Part shown: in pieces, positions 15,433 to 28,344 of the stretch
Layout: each line of letters opens with the position of its first letter
How positions within the stretch are numbered: the first letter of the stretch is position 1
From: the human T2T-CHM13v2.0 reference genome, Homo sapiens
DNA: 64,000 nucleotides
Strand: one strand, 5' to 3'
Assembly (NCBI RefSeq): GCF_009914755.1
Contig: NC_060928.1
Program-made: the position numbers and the translations under genes
The notes under the pieces: model-generated
Told to the model about the DNA's origin: nothing
What the model saw: only the letters and a program-made list of their open reading frames with translations
Database searches by the model: none

Positions 15433-17789
15433 GTCATCAATTTTACCTGCAAATTTTGATCTGCAGCTATTACCAACAAGTTGAGTATGTATGTGGTAGG
15501 GGAGGAAGGGTTGGAGAAATAAGCGGCTATTAAAAATTGTGAATATGTCAGCCTTTGATTTGTTTCAAGGGGTGTTTTTAACCCTATTTCATATATATAC
15601 GGCATTAAGTCACCAAGACAAACTTTGAAAGTTAGAGAAAAATGAAAGACAAACTTTGAAAGTGAAAGTTAAAAAAAGAGATCTGTTATTTTCAGAAATG
15701 ATGTACTTTCTCCTGGAATCATGACCACTAACCACCCCTTCCCCCAATTTACGGGGCTAATGTAAACAGAATGTCCTAAACAATCTCAGAGTAGATTGTT
15801 AGTTGTTCACAGGACATATGAGGCCAGAAATTTGCCCCCAAACAGTGACAAAAACATTATATAGCTGTGTTGACAAACACATCTCAGAATAGTTTGTCTC
15901 CAACTTCTGAAACCTAAGTAGCCTAGAGGTAAATGAACTCAAACATTAAACCTCTGGGACATAATATGCATGCGTATTATAAAAGCTGGATGGTTCTGTT
16001 TGAAATTTTTCATGAAAAACAGATGAAGCCTGTTTCAATATACAGTGCAATGTTTTAAGTTATCAACAAATGATAGAGTGTTTTCTACTTTACTTGATAG
16101 TAAATTAAAGATGGGCTGTTACACTTAATGTCTCAACTGAAAAAAGGGCTATGATTATAATAGGTAACATCATTCTAGCAAGTTCTTTTCATTGTTATGT
16201 TTTCATCATATTTTGAAAACTTAGCCTTCCATTAATACATAATTACAAGTAACAGCATTTTTATCCATTCACTATGATCAGGTAGTTGCTAAGGTGTGTT
16301 GCCTAAAAAACTGACCAATAAATAAAACAATAAAATATTAGTAGAAATTTTCTTTGGGGGAGAGTAGGGGTGGGAAGAAGAAATGCAGAATTTTCACTAT
16401 ATGGTAGACTGAGGGGGTCTTTAATCCACTGGTTAGCCTTTTTGATTGCCTCAAGGCAATAATCACCAAAATGTTTTTTTTCATTGAAGAAAAATAATCA
16501 GTAGTGTTATTCTTTACCTTCCTTTTGAATCTGTAACTTAAACCACAAATAAACGAATTAAAAGTCACATTCAAATCACAGTTCCTATAATCATTTCTCT
16601 TCATCCAGTTTTTACACTTTGCTGTTTTGTAGTTTTGTTGCCATATGTCATGAAAGCATTTATGGTTGTGCCTTGAAGTAGTTTAGGAGTGCTAAGCCTT
16701 GGAGCCACATCCACAAAGCTACCCAACTTGGAGGGCATTGCTCATTAAGGCAAATTAATCAAGCCTTAAAGTCTTTTGCAGTCTCTTTATTTTTTTTATT
16801 CCTTTATAGGAAAAAAGCAAAGAAAAATACGTAACAAGAATTTAGTTCTGTGTTCAAAAATTGTAAGCACCTTCTGTGTGTTGACAGGGCATGATGACGT
16901 ACATTCACTCTGCTTTATTATAAATATGTTTTAAACATGAATATTAAAATCAACTGGATTTTCTTTGCACAAAATTTTGAATTTTACCATTTCATTGACC
17001 ACCCTGAGACAATTAAGAAACAATATCTTGGATACTTCATTGGTGATTAATGATGGTAATAATATGGGCTTACAATGAGCCTGTTTTGAGATGCCACTCA
17101 CATTCTTTGGTTCCCCATTGATTTGGTTTCATCTGTGCATGGTTCCAGCACTTATTACTACTTTAATGGCTAATTTTCCTTGCTAAAAAAAAAAAATCAC
17201 ACAACTTGTTAAAATACCTGCAACATCAATTTTTCCATACATGATTTGTAAATTAACTGTTCTATAGGGACTATCATTATAAATATAAACAAAAATATAA
17301 ATAGCTACTTTGAGGTAAAAAACTGTCTTTCAATCAATAAGTCAAGCATATCTTTTGAAGTCATTTAAATGCATCATCAATTTTTAAAATTAAGGTCATC
17401 TTTCTCAGCCATGCTGCTTTTTTATGTAAAACAGTTTAATCTATAAAAACAAAATGTTACCAAAGTTTTTCCTATTAATACGCTTTTTTTAGAAAGGCAT
17501 GAAACTGATAAATAAGAGAATTTGAGCATTAAAAAATTGCATGTTGAAGTTGTAAATATATTGTTTCTATGCAAGACATCTCTTGTTTTAATTGAATACA
17601 ATTTTCATTCTCATTCAAGTTTCCATTTTTAACGAAAATGACTCAGAAATGTTACTGCAAGAGCTGGGGCTTCATACATACGGTCGATTGTTTTCAAATA
17701 TATCTGCAATATTTCCTCTCGCTCCTTATGTCTACTCCTTTGCAAGGTGACTTTGTTACTTACTTACACCTCCCATAAGAAGGTGGAGG

Positions 17790-18235
17790 CCATATTTGGT
17801 GGCCACAGTAACAAGTTATCATAAATTTGGTGACTTAAAACAACAAAAAATTTATTCTCTCACAGTTATGGAGACCAAAAGTCTGAAATCAAGGTGTCAC
17901 CAGGGCTGTACTTCCTCTGAAGTCTCCAGAAGGAAATCTTTCTTTGCCTCTTTCAGTTTCTGGTGGCTGTCAGCATTCCTTGTGCTGGCATCACTCATCT
18001 CTTCCTTTGTCTTGAAATGGGGTTTTCCTCTTCTCTGTGTCTCCTCCTCTGCCTTTTATTATATAAGAACACTGGCTATTGGATTCAGGGCCTGCCTGGG
18101 GATATCCAGGATGGTATCATCACAAAAATTAATTACATGTGCAAAGATCTTTTTTCCAAATAAGGTAATATTCAGTGTCTGGCTTTTAAGACATAGATGT
18201 ATATCTTGAGAAGCCATTATTCAAACCATTATACC
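17790..18235 (-). mobile_element. MLT1B/C LTR nested in older MLT1
   Basis: gacttaaaacaacaaaaaatttattctctcacagtt...aagtctgaaatcaaggtgtc...ttccaaataaggtaatattc. Confidence 0.8.
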
Positions 18236-18492
18236 ACCCTTTAAATATAGGCTGGTCTTATGATGAGCTTCGATCAGTAGATTTTGGCAGAATAAGCATG
18301 GGCTTACGTTGCACTCAGCTTCTGCTTTTATTCTTCTTGAATGCAGTCTTGAGAGTGTTATGAAAAAAAATTGGTCTACTCTATTGAAGCATGAAAGCCT
18401 TATGGAACACGATCAGACTTTTTCAGCAGAAGGCAACTGACCTATACCCAGCACTAACTGCCAGTTATATGAGTGAAGATATTATAGCCCAT

Positions 18493-18847
18493 TGATATGG
18501 TTTGGCTGTGTCCTCACCAAATCTCATCTTGAATTATAGCTCCCATAATTCCCACATGTTGTGGGAGGGACCCAGTGGAGAATCATGGGGGCAGCTTCCC
18601 CCATACTGTTCTTGTGGTAGCGAATAAGTCTCACGAGATCCGTTGGTTTTATAAGGAGTTTCCTCTTTCACTTGGCTCTCATATTCTCCCTTGCCTGCCA
18701 CCATGTGAAATGTGCCTTTCGCTTTCTGCCATGATTGTGAGGCCTCCACAACCACGTGGAACTGTGAGTCCGTTAAACCTCTTTTTCTTTGTAAATTACA
18801 CAGTCTTAGGTAGGTCTTTATCAGCAGCATGAGAACAGCCTTGTACA
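18493..18847 (+). mobile_element. THE1 (B/C-like) solo LTR
   Basis: tgatatggtttggctgtgtcc...gtaca; exact 5-bp TSD cccat. Confidence 0.93.
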
Positions 18848-19510
18848 CCCATCCAGCCCCAGTCCAGTGTGTGATGACAGCCACTGCATGTGGGAACACA
18901 AGCGAGACTAGCAGAAGAGCTGTCCAGCTAAGTGTGGCTAAAATTACTGACAGCATAGTGAGCAAATTAAATAGTTTGTTTTAACTTACTAAGTTTGCAT
19001 CACTAAGTTAAGTATCAGTAGATAATGGATACAGAAATTAATATTTAGATATAGGATATTGCCATAACAAAATTTCCAAACAAGGGGCATGGCTTCAAGG
19101 GAAATAATGGCAATAGGCTGGAAAAATGGCAAGGTTGTAGACAGGGAAAACAAATTGTCAGTGGGCACTTGAAAACTAGTGAGAAAACTTCTAATAGAAG
19201 CTGGAAAACTGGGGACTTACGTTATGGAGGCATGAAAAAAACTGGCAAAACTATTCGTAGTAAATTGAAAAATGCACATTTTTTCTTCTAATGAACATGT
19301 AGATCTCACTAAGGATATTTTAAAGCCAAATGTTAAAGATGTCAGTTGATTTATTTTAGTGTGTTCTAATAATATTTTTGATGTCTTATAAAAGGATATC
19401 TGGGTTTTGAATGTACACCAGGTAATGAACATATTGTATCAGTTACCTATTGCTGTTTATAAAAAGAAAACCTAAGACATGTAATCTTAAAACTGTAACT
19501 TTTTCTGGGG

Positions 19511-19737
<227 letters not shown>

Positions 19738-20004
19738 TCAGGGTTCTACGGGTCAGCTTGGATTTGGCTCACCTAGGCAATGCTTCTCTCTTTCTTTTTT
19801 TCCTTTCTTTTTTTTTGCCAAGGGTAATTTATGCAACTGTAAATTTGACAGCTTTACAAGGATTCAGTAATCTAAGATGGCCTCACTCATATGTCTTGAA
19901 GCTGGTGCTGGCTGGCAGCCCATTGCTCTGGAAGGCCCTACCTGGGTCAACTTTCTTCTCCTTCATGTACTTTCTTATCCTCCATTAAGCATGTTAGGTC
20001 TTCT

Positions 20005-20247
20005 TCTTTTTCTTTTTTTTTTTTTTATTATACTTTAAGTTCTAGGGTACATGTGCACAATGTGCAGGTTTGTTGCATATGTATACATGTGCCATATTGG
20101 TGTGCTGCACCCATTAACTGGTCATTTACATTAGGTATTCCTCCTAATGCTATCCCTCTCCCCTCCCCCAACCCCAGGACAGGCCCCAGTGTGTGATGTT
20201 CCCCACCCTGTGTCCAAGTGTTCTCATTGTTCAATTCCCGCCTATGA
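20005..20247 (-). mobile_element. L1PA (PA4-6-like) 3' end
   Basis: Poly-T followed by attatactttaagttctagggtacatgtgcacaatgtgcagg. Confidence 0.93.
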
Positions 20248-20306
20248 GAGGGCTTCTATCTATGGTGATCTCAGGACAAGTTTCCAAAAAAGTAGAATAA
20301 AAGCTG

Positions 20307-20693
20307 TGTATTAGTCTGTTCTCATTCTAAAGATACTACCTGAGACTGGGTAATTTATAAACAAAAGAGATTTAATTGACTCACAGTTCCACACAGCTGG
20401 GGAGACCTCAGGAAACTTACAATCATGGTGGAGGACAAAAGGGAAGCAGGCACCTTCTTCACAAGGTGGCAGGAAAGACAGAAAGAAAGAGGGAAGCACC
20501 CGACACTTATCAAACAACTAAATCTCGCAGGAACTCCCTCACTATCATGAGAACAGCATTGGGGAAACTGCTCCCATTATCCAATCAGTTTCTACCAGGT
20601 CCCTCCCTCAACATATGGGGATTACAATTTGGATTACAATTGGGATTACAATTTGAGAAGAGATTTGGGTGGGGACACAGCCAAACCATATAA
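20307..20693 (-). mobile_element. MSTA/THE1D-like solo LTR
   Basis: tgtattagtctg...ggggacacagccaaaccata; 5-bp TSD agctg. Confidence 0.9.
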
Positions 20694-22132
20694 AGCTGTA
20701 AGATCTCTTGGCAACTAGGCTCAGAAGTTGCAAAATATCACTTCTGTTGGTTTAAACTGACTTGCATTTCCTTGGTAATAAAGTACATATGATTAATAAA
20801 AACCTAAATTATTCTCTTTACAAAAACTACTGCTTCAACAAACTTACTAACTATATTTGGGGTAGAACACAGAGATACACTGTAAAGTTCATTTCCTTCA
20901 TCTGAATGACAACATGCCTATTAGAATCCTCAATGACTTAAAGTGGCATTGAATTTCCTTAATTTATCTGAATAAGTTTATTTTACACTCCCATTTTCTC
21001 AAAGTTCCTCTTTTTAATTTTTCACCTATGATCTCAGTTGAAAACATAATTTTAAGAATACCCTGCTTTTAAAAAGACCAAAAAATTACACAACACATAT
21101 ATTTTCAAATATTTATGTGAAATATTGAATATTCAATTGTTAACAGGAAGTTTGATGAAGTTAATTGTCAAAGTGTTTTGAATTGATTTGTGGATGTGTG
21201 CGTATGCATGTATGTATGTGTGCGTGAATGTGGGTGTGCATGTGTGTTGTTATGAAAAAAAGCAACAACACTAGTTCACAAATGATGAAGTAAAAAATTC
21301 CAGTTGTGTTGGGCTCCTGTTTTCAAGATCATTTTATTGGGGCTAAGTGTAGGAACTAGAATTACCTATGACAACCAGGGAAATAGCAGAATTCAATCTG
21401 GCTGAATCAAGACTGCGGTACTAATAACAGTGTTATGCGATTCTTTGACAGCATAAAAGTACCCAATCTTTCAGTACCTGACTGCATGTAAGTATCAGTA
21501 TATGTGTGAGGAAAAGAAGGATAAAATTATCTAAACTAGGAAAGAAGGTTTCTGCAGTTTTGTTCACCTATTTGTAATATAAAAATAAACAAACACATAA
21601 AATAAAACTGTTTCCCCTTAGATCTGTGAGTAAAACTGATGTTGCCTGAAGATTATTTGTGAAGATGATATGACTTTTTTTTACTCCCAGGACAGCCTCT
21701 GAATATCTGTTTTTAACACACCACAGTTTGAGGACTGCAGCTTTAGAAGATGCTTCTGGGCTGTGGTCTCCTTGGAATACATGGCCACAGAGAAATTACA
21801 ACGTGGAGATTCATTTTAGAGGGTAACATAAATACAGGATCATGAACCCAAACCCAGAATTGAGTAAAATGCAAATATGAGTGTCGAAAGTCAAGCACGG
21901 CATCAACTGTAACAACAGCAATAGATACGATAGCAGTGGAAGCAGTCTTCTTTTGTAGCTAAATATAGATGTTAAGATTAAGTTATGGTTAACCCATCTT
22001 TTGAGATTTATATTACATTGGCTTAATTACCCCACTTTTATTCTCTGGACAATCTCTTTCTCTTCCTGGATTTCTGTGCATTCTTAAGGGCTTGCATTCT
22101 CGTGAAACCAAACCCAATTGCATCTAGCCTTC

Positions 22133-22722
22133 TGTATTAATTTCCTATTGAAACTGTAATAAATCGCCACAAACATAGTGACTTAAGGAAACACATATTT
22201 ATTATTTTACAGTTCTGGGGGTCAAATGTCTCACAGGGCTGAAATAAAGGTGTAGGCAGGGCTGCATTCTTTTCTGGAGGCTCCAGAGAAGAGACAGTTT
22301 CTTGCAGTTTTCAGCTTCTAGAGACAACCCACCTTCCTTGGCTCTTTGTTCCCTTTCTCCATCTTCAAAGCCGGATAAAGAGGGTTGAGATCTTTTCATA
22401 TTGTATCACTATGATGTCCTACTCAGCCTCCTTTTTCCACTTTAAATGAGCATTGTCATCGCATCAAGTCTGCCCAGACAATCAATTTTAAGGGCAGCTA
22501 ATTTAGCAACATTTATTCTATCTGCTACGTTAATCATTCTTTGCCATGGAAAGTAAAGAGTGATTAAGGTAGCAGACAGAATAAATGTTATTATGTTTTG
22601 TAACATCGTAAACATTTGTTAATTATATAACATATAAATATCATATAAATATAATCTTTTATATCAGGCTCAGCATATAAGAATGTGGATGTATTTGAAG
22701 GACCATTATTCTTCCTAACTCA
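22133..22722 (-). mobile_element. MLT1D-like LTR
   Basis: tgtattaatttcctattg...ggcagggctgcattcttttctggaggctccag...gaccattattcttccta. Confidence 0.78.
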
Positions 22723-22795
22723 TCTTCCATGGCTGTTTTCGTATGCTAGATATTGCCATATTTAGACCTTAGCCATCTGTCTCTGATTTCCATGA

Positions 22796-23080
<285 letters not shown>

Positions 23081-23717
23081 ACATTAACTATTTTTGTTTT
23101 AGAAAAGTTACCTCTTGCCAACAGAAAAATATTTATTTGTTTTACTCTGATATGGTAGCAAGAACAGGACCTTAATTTTTTAATAATTCAGAAATGAGGA
23201 AATTTACAGAGAAACTATGAGAAGAAATATGGTGCCATATAATTACCATTTTGAACAAACATTCCTGGCAGCTGGGGAATGTGCCTCAATCCTAAAGGGG
23301 AGGATCTGGATTACAGCCACTGCAGGATGCCTGTTCCCCAGTCAGATTGGTGGGAACAGAAACTAGATGTTTGGAGCATTCTCACAAAATTTCCATTATT
23401 CAACCATATGAAAAACCTCCCTTGGCTTTAACTCCCATCTGAGTCTAAGTCATATTTGTTGAAGTGCTGATATTATTGAGTTGGCAACCATCTTGACAGT
23501 GAAGGAGATTTGATAATGTGACATCATATTAGATTACACTTCAAATAATGATATAGGCTGATCCTCGATTTTGTTCTTAATCAATAGAACACTATTTTTG
23601 GCAGTGGACCAAGACCTAGGGTATACATAATTATTAGTTAAACAATCATGGTAATTCCATTCCCATTCATCAATAATTGTCTTATTTAGGTGGGGATGTG
23701 ACTCAATTTATAACCAG

Positions 23718-24165
23718 TGTCCAAAAAAAAGAACTTCAGAAAAATTAAATTTTACAGAGTTTATTTGAGTGAAAAATAATAATTCATGAATTGGGCAGCA
23801 CTCAGAGCCAGAAGAAGTTCAGAGAGCTCACCTAGCAGTGAGAGCAGCAAGCTTTTATAGGCTGAACATGGAAGCAAAATAGGAAAGTTTCCTGATTAGC
23901 AGGAAAGCTAAGCATCTGTCTTATTTGGGTATGCTATGATGAGGTATTTTCCTTATTTCAACATGGTTTGATTAGTTGGCTGCCTGTGACTGGCTGAAAC
24001 TGTGCTATTTGTGACTGGATGAAACCTGATTATTGGTTACCAAAAAAATGTACTTCTAAGTTCAGTTTTGGTTTACATACTATGTTAGGTTGTGGTTTGT
24101 TATGTGTGAACTCAAAGTATGGAGACAGAGTCGGACTAATGGTCTCTTGGTTATTTAATTTACCA
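23718..24165 (-). mobile_element. ERV1 solo LTR, MER57/MER93-like, inserted in an older ERVL/MaLR-type LTR (~23600-24440)
   Basis: gagtttatttgag...ttcatgaattgggcagcactcagagccagaagaagttcagagagctc; TG...CA ends; flanks ccag/ccac. Confidence 0.65.
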
Positions 24166-24544
24166 CCACCAAAGACAATTTTTCCTTCTGATCTTATCCT
24201 TTCTGCTTTCAGTGATATCTGATAAGAACTTTTGATCATAGAAAGTGCAATGGCCGTCTTTCAATTATGAGGTTCTACAATCTTCTGAGGACAGTGGACA
24301 GGGAAAAATGAGAAGAGACAGTCCTTGATTATGTCGCTGAGCCACTGGATGAAGATTGGAACTGACACTGCTGAACTTGTCACTTTTTTTACTGAGAAAA
24401 TAAATGTCTTTATTGTTCAACCTGCTTTTATTTGGTATTCTGAAAATGCCACCAAAGATAAGAAATACTGCAAAGTTGTACTTAAAACAACCAAAACACA
24501 TTATAAAAATTTAAAATGTAGAATTTTGAACAAGTGGAAGAAGC

Positions 24545-24904
24545 TGCTTTAGTCTGCTTGTAACCTGGATGACTTAAAGAATACAAACTTATTACTCTCA
24601 CTTCTTGAAGCTGGGAAGTCCAAAATCAGGGTGCTGGCCTATTTGGTTGCTTGTGAGCGCTTTCTTTTTGGCTTGCAAAAGGTGGTCATCTTCCTGTGTG
24701 CTCACATGGTCGTTCTCTGGTGTGTGTACTCAGAGAGATGAGAGAGAAAGAGAGAGAGAGTAAGCTCTCTGGTGTCTCTTCTTAGGAACATGATTTAACT
24801 TTAATTACTTCTGTAAAGGTGCCATCTCCAAATACAGTCACAGTGGAGGTTAGGGCTTCAACATATGACTTTTTGGGGCAAACATAAATAATAAGTCCAT
24901 AGCA
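24545..24904 (-). mobile_element. MLT1A LTR
   Basis: gctgggaagtccaaaatcaggg...catctccaaatacagtcacagtggaggttagggcttcaacatatga; TSD gaagc. Confidence 0.85.
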
Positions 24905-25018
24905 GAAGCTAAATATAATAAATGCTATACAATTAAATATAGTAAATTTATGATATAATCAAATATGTAAATTATGCATATATATAATGTATCTCATTTA
25001 TTATAGTAGATGATATAG

Positions 25019-25276
25019 TAAGGTCTCATTCTGTCACCCAGGCTGTTGCATAATCTAGCTCACTGCAACCTCAAGCTCAAACCATTCTCTCACCTCAGTC
25101 TGCCAAGTAGCCAAGATTATTACAGGTGCATGCTACCAAACTCAGATATGGAAAAAGTACATTTTGGTAGAGACAAAGTTCTGCTATGTTGTTCAAAGTG
25201 ATCTCAACTCTTGGTGTCAAGCAATCTTTCCTCCTTCCAAAGCACTAGGATCACAGGCATGAACCACCGTGCCTGG
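25019..25276 (-). mobile_element. AluJ, degenerate
   Basis: ggtctcattctgtcacccaggct...acaggcatgaaccaccgtgcctgg. Confidence 0.8.
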
Positions 25277-26399
25277 AGAATATATAATATACCTTATAAG
25301 ATATATAACATGTTAGGGGTAACAGATAAGATATTATATAGAAGAGGTTATAGGTTATATAATCTACTACCTATTATATAAATATATATAGTAAATAAAA
25401 TATAGAATCATATTCATATGTTTTAACCTCCTTTTAAACTTAAAAGTGTGTTGAAAATTTTCCAATTTAATAAACATTCTATTTTTTATCATAAAGTTTA
25501 TGTATTTCGTTATTAAAAATAATGATAGAATGAAAATTACTGTACATACACGTGATTCATATCTCTGAATATTATTTCCTTGCTGTGAGTTCCTAGAAAT
25601 AAAATGATATTTTTTAAGAATTTTGAAACATTATCTAATTTCTTTCAGGAAGAAAAAATAAATATACAAAAGCATTAATGACATTGGAAATTAGCAACTT
25701 GCTGCCCACATGAAAATACTAATATTTTCATTATCTTTGACTTTTCATTTTCACAGCAATAAGATTGTAACCACATTTTTGATTGCATTACTTTAGTAAC
25801 TGTGACTTTTAATTGAATTTCATTATATAGGTTGCTATTTTTCTTTCAATTTTAAAAATGTTTGTTCTTTTTATTTAGCATGGGAAATGGCAGCAGGCTT
25901 TCTGAAATGTTTAAAGGCCGGGTTGTTGCCTTATTGTTGCTGGGGAGCTTGACTCAGGGACAAGTACAACCTGTTATTTCTAAACATTCCCTTGAATAGA
26001 AGAACATGATATTATTTGTATAACTTTAACTGGCAAGTGATGTAAACCTGAGTATAAAAATGCAGTACCTAATAAGAATTGGCTGTTTTTTTTTTTTTTT
26101 TTACTCTGGCAGGAACAACAATCATTCCCATCACCGCCCCCTTCCACATAGCACATTGTACGAATCAGAAAAAGCAGTCCCTTCTTCCGGACACCTCACT
26201 GCCTGCAATCTGCCAGCAAACTGACAAATTTGCAAATCCATAATAAACAAATGTCCAAGCATGGTAAAAGTGAATTTTGTCCCTTAGAATTGTGTCATAC
26301 ACAATTTACACATATAAGGACTAATTAAGCATATCAACACTTTGGTAAAACATAGGTTTCAAAGTATTCTCAGAGTTTTTCTGTCTTTTATTTTCAATT

Positions 26400-26566
26400 G
26401 TGTATATATATATATTTATATGCACACACACATATATCAATATGTATATATACACAGACACATGTGCATGAATATATATGTACCTACTTTTTTATGTACC
26501 ATATCTATGAGTCTTTTTTTGGCGTTTCCTATTTTTGTGCTACACACACACACACACACACACACA
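26400..26566. repeat. (TA/CA) low complexity plus (CA)n at 26542-26566
   Basis: Visible in sequence. Confidence 0.85.
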
Positions 26567-26772
26567 AAACTTTCCTCAGCCCATGAATAAATGTATGTAA
26601 TTTACTTCTAGGACCTTTATAGTTTCTTACTGAAAATTGAATTTGTCTTAAAAGGAAGTAAAACTAAAAAACATCTATCTACCTTTTTTTTCCTTTTATT
26701 TTCAGTTGCTGTCTGAAAGGAATGAGTTACATTAAAATTCATTCTTTTTCATATGGACATGAAAGTCCTAGT

Positions 26773-26838
26773 CTCTCTTTCTCTTTATCTCTCTCTCTGT
26801 CTCTGTCTCTTTCTGTCTCTCTCTGTCGCGCTCTCTCT

Positions 26839-26877
<39 letters not shown>
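26773..26877. repeat. (CT)n-(CA)n compound microsatellite
   Basis: Visible in sequence. Confidence 0.95.
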
Positions 26878-26878
<1 letters not shown>

Positions 26879-26899
26879 CCCTAAACACAATATTAATTA

Positions 26900-27222
26900 C
26901 AAATATCCTCTGTCCTCCCAGGGATGGTATACATGTCCCTGCCTCATTGACATCAGGCTAAAGTGGTGATGCTTTGCCCAGTGAATTGTGAATAGGACGG
27001 ATGTTTGCTACTTCTGAGCCAATACTGTGAGAGGGTCATGTAATTCATCATTTCTTTTCTCCCTTTGCCATAGGACTCACTATAACCAGATAAGATGTAC
27101 ACTGGTGACAATATTAACAATAGATACATAGGGTTAGTTAGAAATAAATCTTTGTTGTAAGAGGCCAAAATTTGGGAATTATTTGGTGCTGCAACATTAC
27201 CTATGGTCAAAGTGATTAATAT
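26900..27222 (+). mobile_element. Old MLT1 (I/J-like) LTR
   Basis: tccctgcctcattgacatcaggct...agaaataaatctttgttgtaag...tgctgcaacattaccta. Confidence 0.6.
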
Positions 27223-27698
27223 ATCTCTGAAATCTCTATGCATATTGAGGTAATTTTATAATCTAGGGAGAATACAAATACCAATAAAAACATTTCTTTC
27301 TTCTATGGAGGCATTATATTTCATTTATTTAAATAATCTTTTATGAATCTTTTTTTGTAGTTGTATCTATATTAAATATATATAGTATAATATATATTTA
27401 AAATATATATTATATATACATATACATTAAACTAGAGCATTATTAAATGTTTATTAATTTAATTTAATGTTAGATCACTTTTATGTGTGTACAGAAATCA
27501 TTATAAAAATAATAAAAATATTCCCTATTTTTTGTTAATATTTTTCCCTGTTATTGTGATTGATTTGAAATGTAGTTAGTAAATGAGCTCTATTGATTTT
27601 ATCCTTCAAATCCCCTATAATTTCATTTTCTTTTCTCTTACTTGATATTTGTAGGACAGCTGGCCTTGAATTCCGGGCTTCAGGTGATCTGCCCTCAG

Positions 27699-27923
27699 GT
27701 GATCGTGAGGTCAAGAGATCAAGACCATCCTGGTCAACGTGGTGAAACCCTGCCTCTACTAAAAATATAAAAATTAGCTGGGCGTGGTGGTGCACGCCTG
27801 TAGTCCCAGCTACTCAGGAGGCTGAGGCAGGAGAATCGCTTGAACCGGGAGGCAGAGTTTGCAGTCATGCCATTGCACTCCAGTCTGGTGACAGAGCAAG
27901 ACTCCATCTCAAAAAAAAAAAAA
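27699..27923 (+). mobile_element. AluSc-like, 5'-truncated, preceded by an inverted Alu fragment (27659-27694)
   Basis: gaggtcaagagatcaagaccatcctgg...poly-A. Confidence 0.9.
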
Positions 27924-28205
27924 GTATGGTGTAATAAATACCTAAACCAGTAACATAGTCATTTATGATAACTATCAGGTGATGTGTACTGTATATAACT
28001 GTATGTGCCATACTTTGATAAGACTGGCAGCACAGTAGGTTTATGGCAGCATCACCACAAACACGTGAATCAGTGTTGCACTCTGATGTTATAAGAGCTA
28101 TGATATCGCTGGACAATAAGAATTTTTCATCTCTATTATCATCCTATGGGATCACCATTGGATATGAGGTCCGTCACTGATTGAAATTGTGTGGTGTATA
28201 ATTGT
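27924..28205 (+). mobile_element. Tigger3 (MER7/Golem) one-end fragment
   Basis: gactggcagcacagtaggttt...cagcatcaccacaaacacgtga...gaatttttcatctctattat. Confidence 0.8.
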
Positions 28206-28228
28206 AATTACCACTGTATTTGTTTTAA

Positions 28229-28344
28229 AGAGGTAGGATCTCATTATATTTCCCCGATGGGCCTTGAGCTCCTAGGCTCAAGCTATCCTCCCACCTCAGC
28301 CTTCTGAGTAGCTGAGACTATAGGCATGAGCCGCTGTGCCTAGC
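28229..28344 (-). mobile_element. FLAM/Alu monomer
   Basis: ctcctaggctcaagctatcctcccacctcagcc...ggcatgagccgctgtgcctagc. Confidence 0.85.

Larger units (their letters stand above)
17680..19430 (+). mobile_element. MLT1F/G/H-like LTR (~17680-19033, interrupted twice) followed by MLT1 internal remnant
   Basis: ctttgcaaggtgactttg...cctcccataagaaggtggag resumes after an insert as ccctttaaatataggctgg; ends gataatggataca, then gaaattaatattt. Confidence 0.65.
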
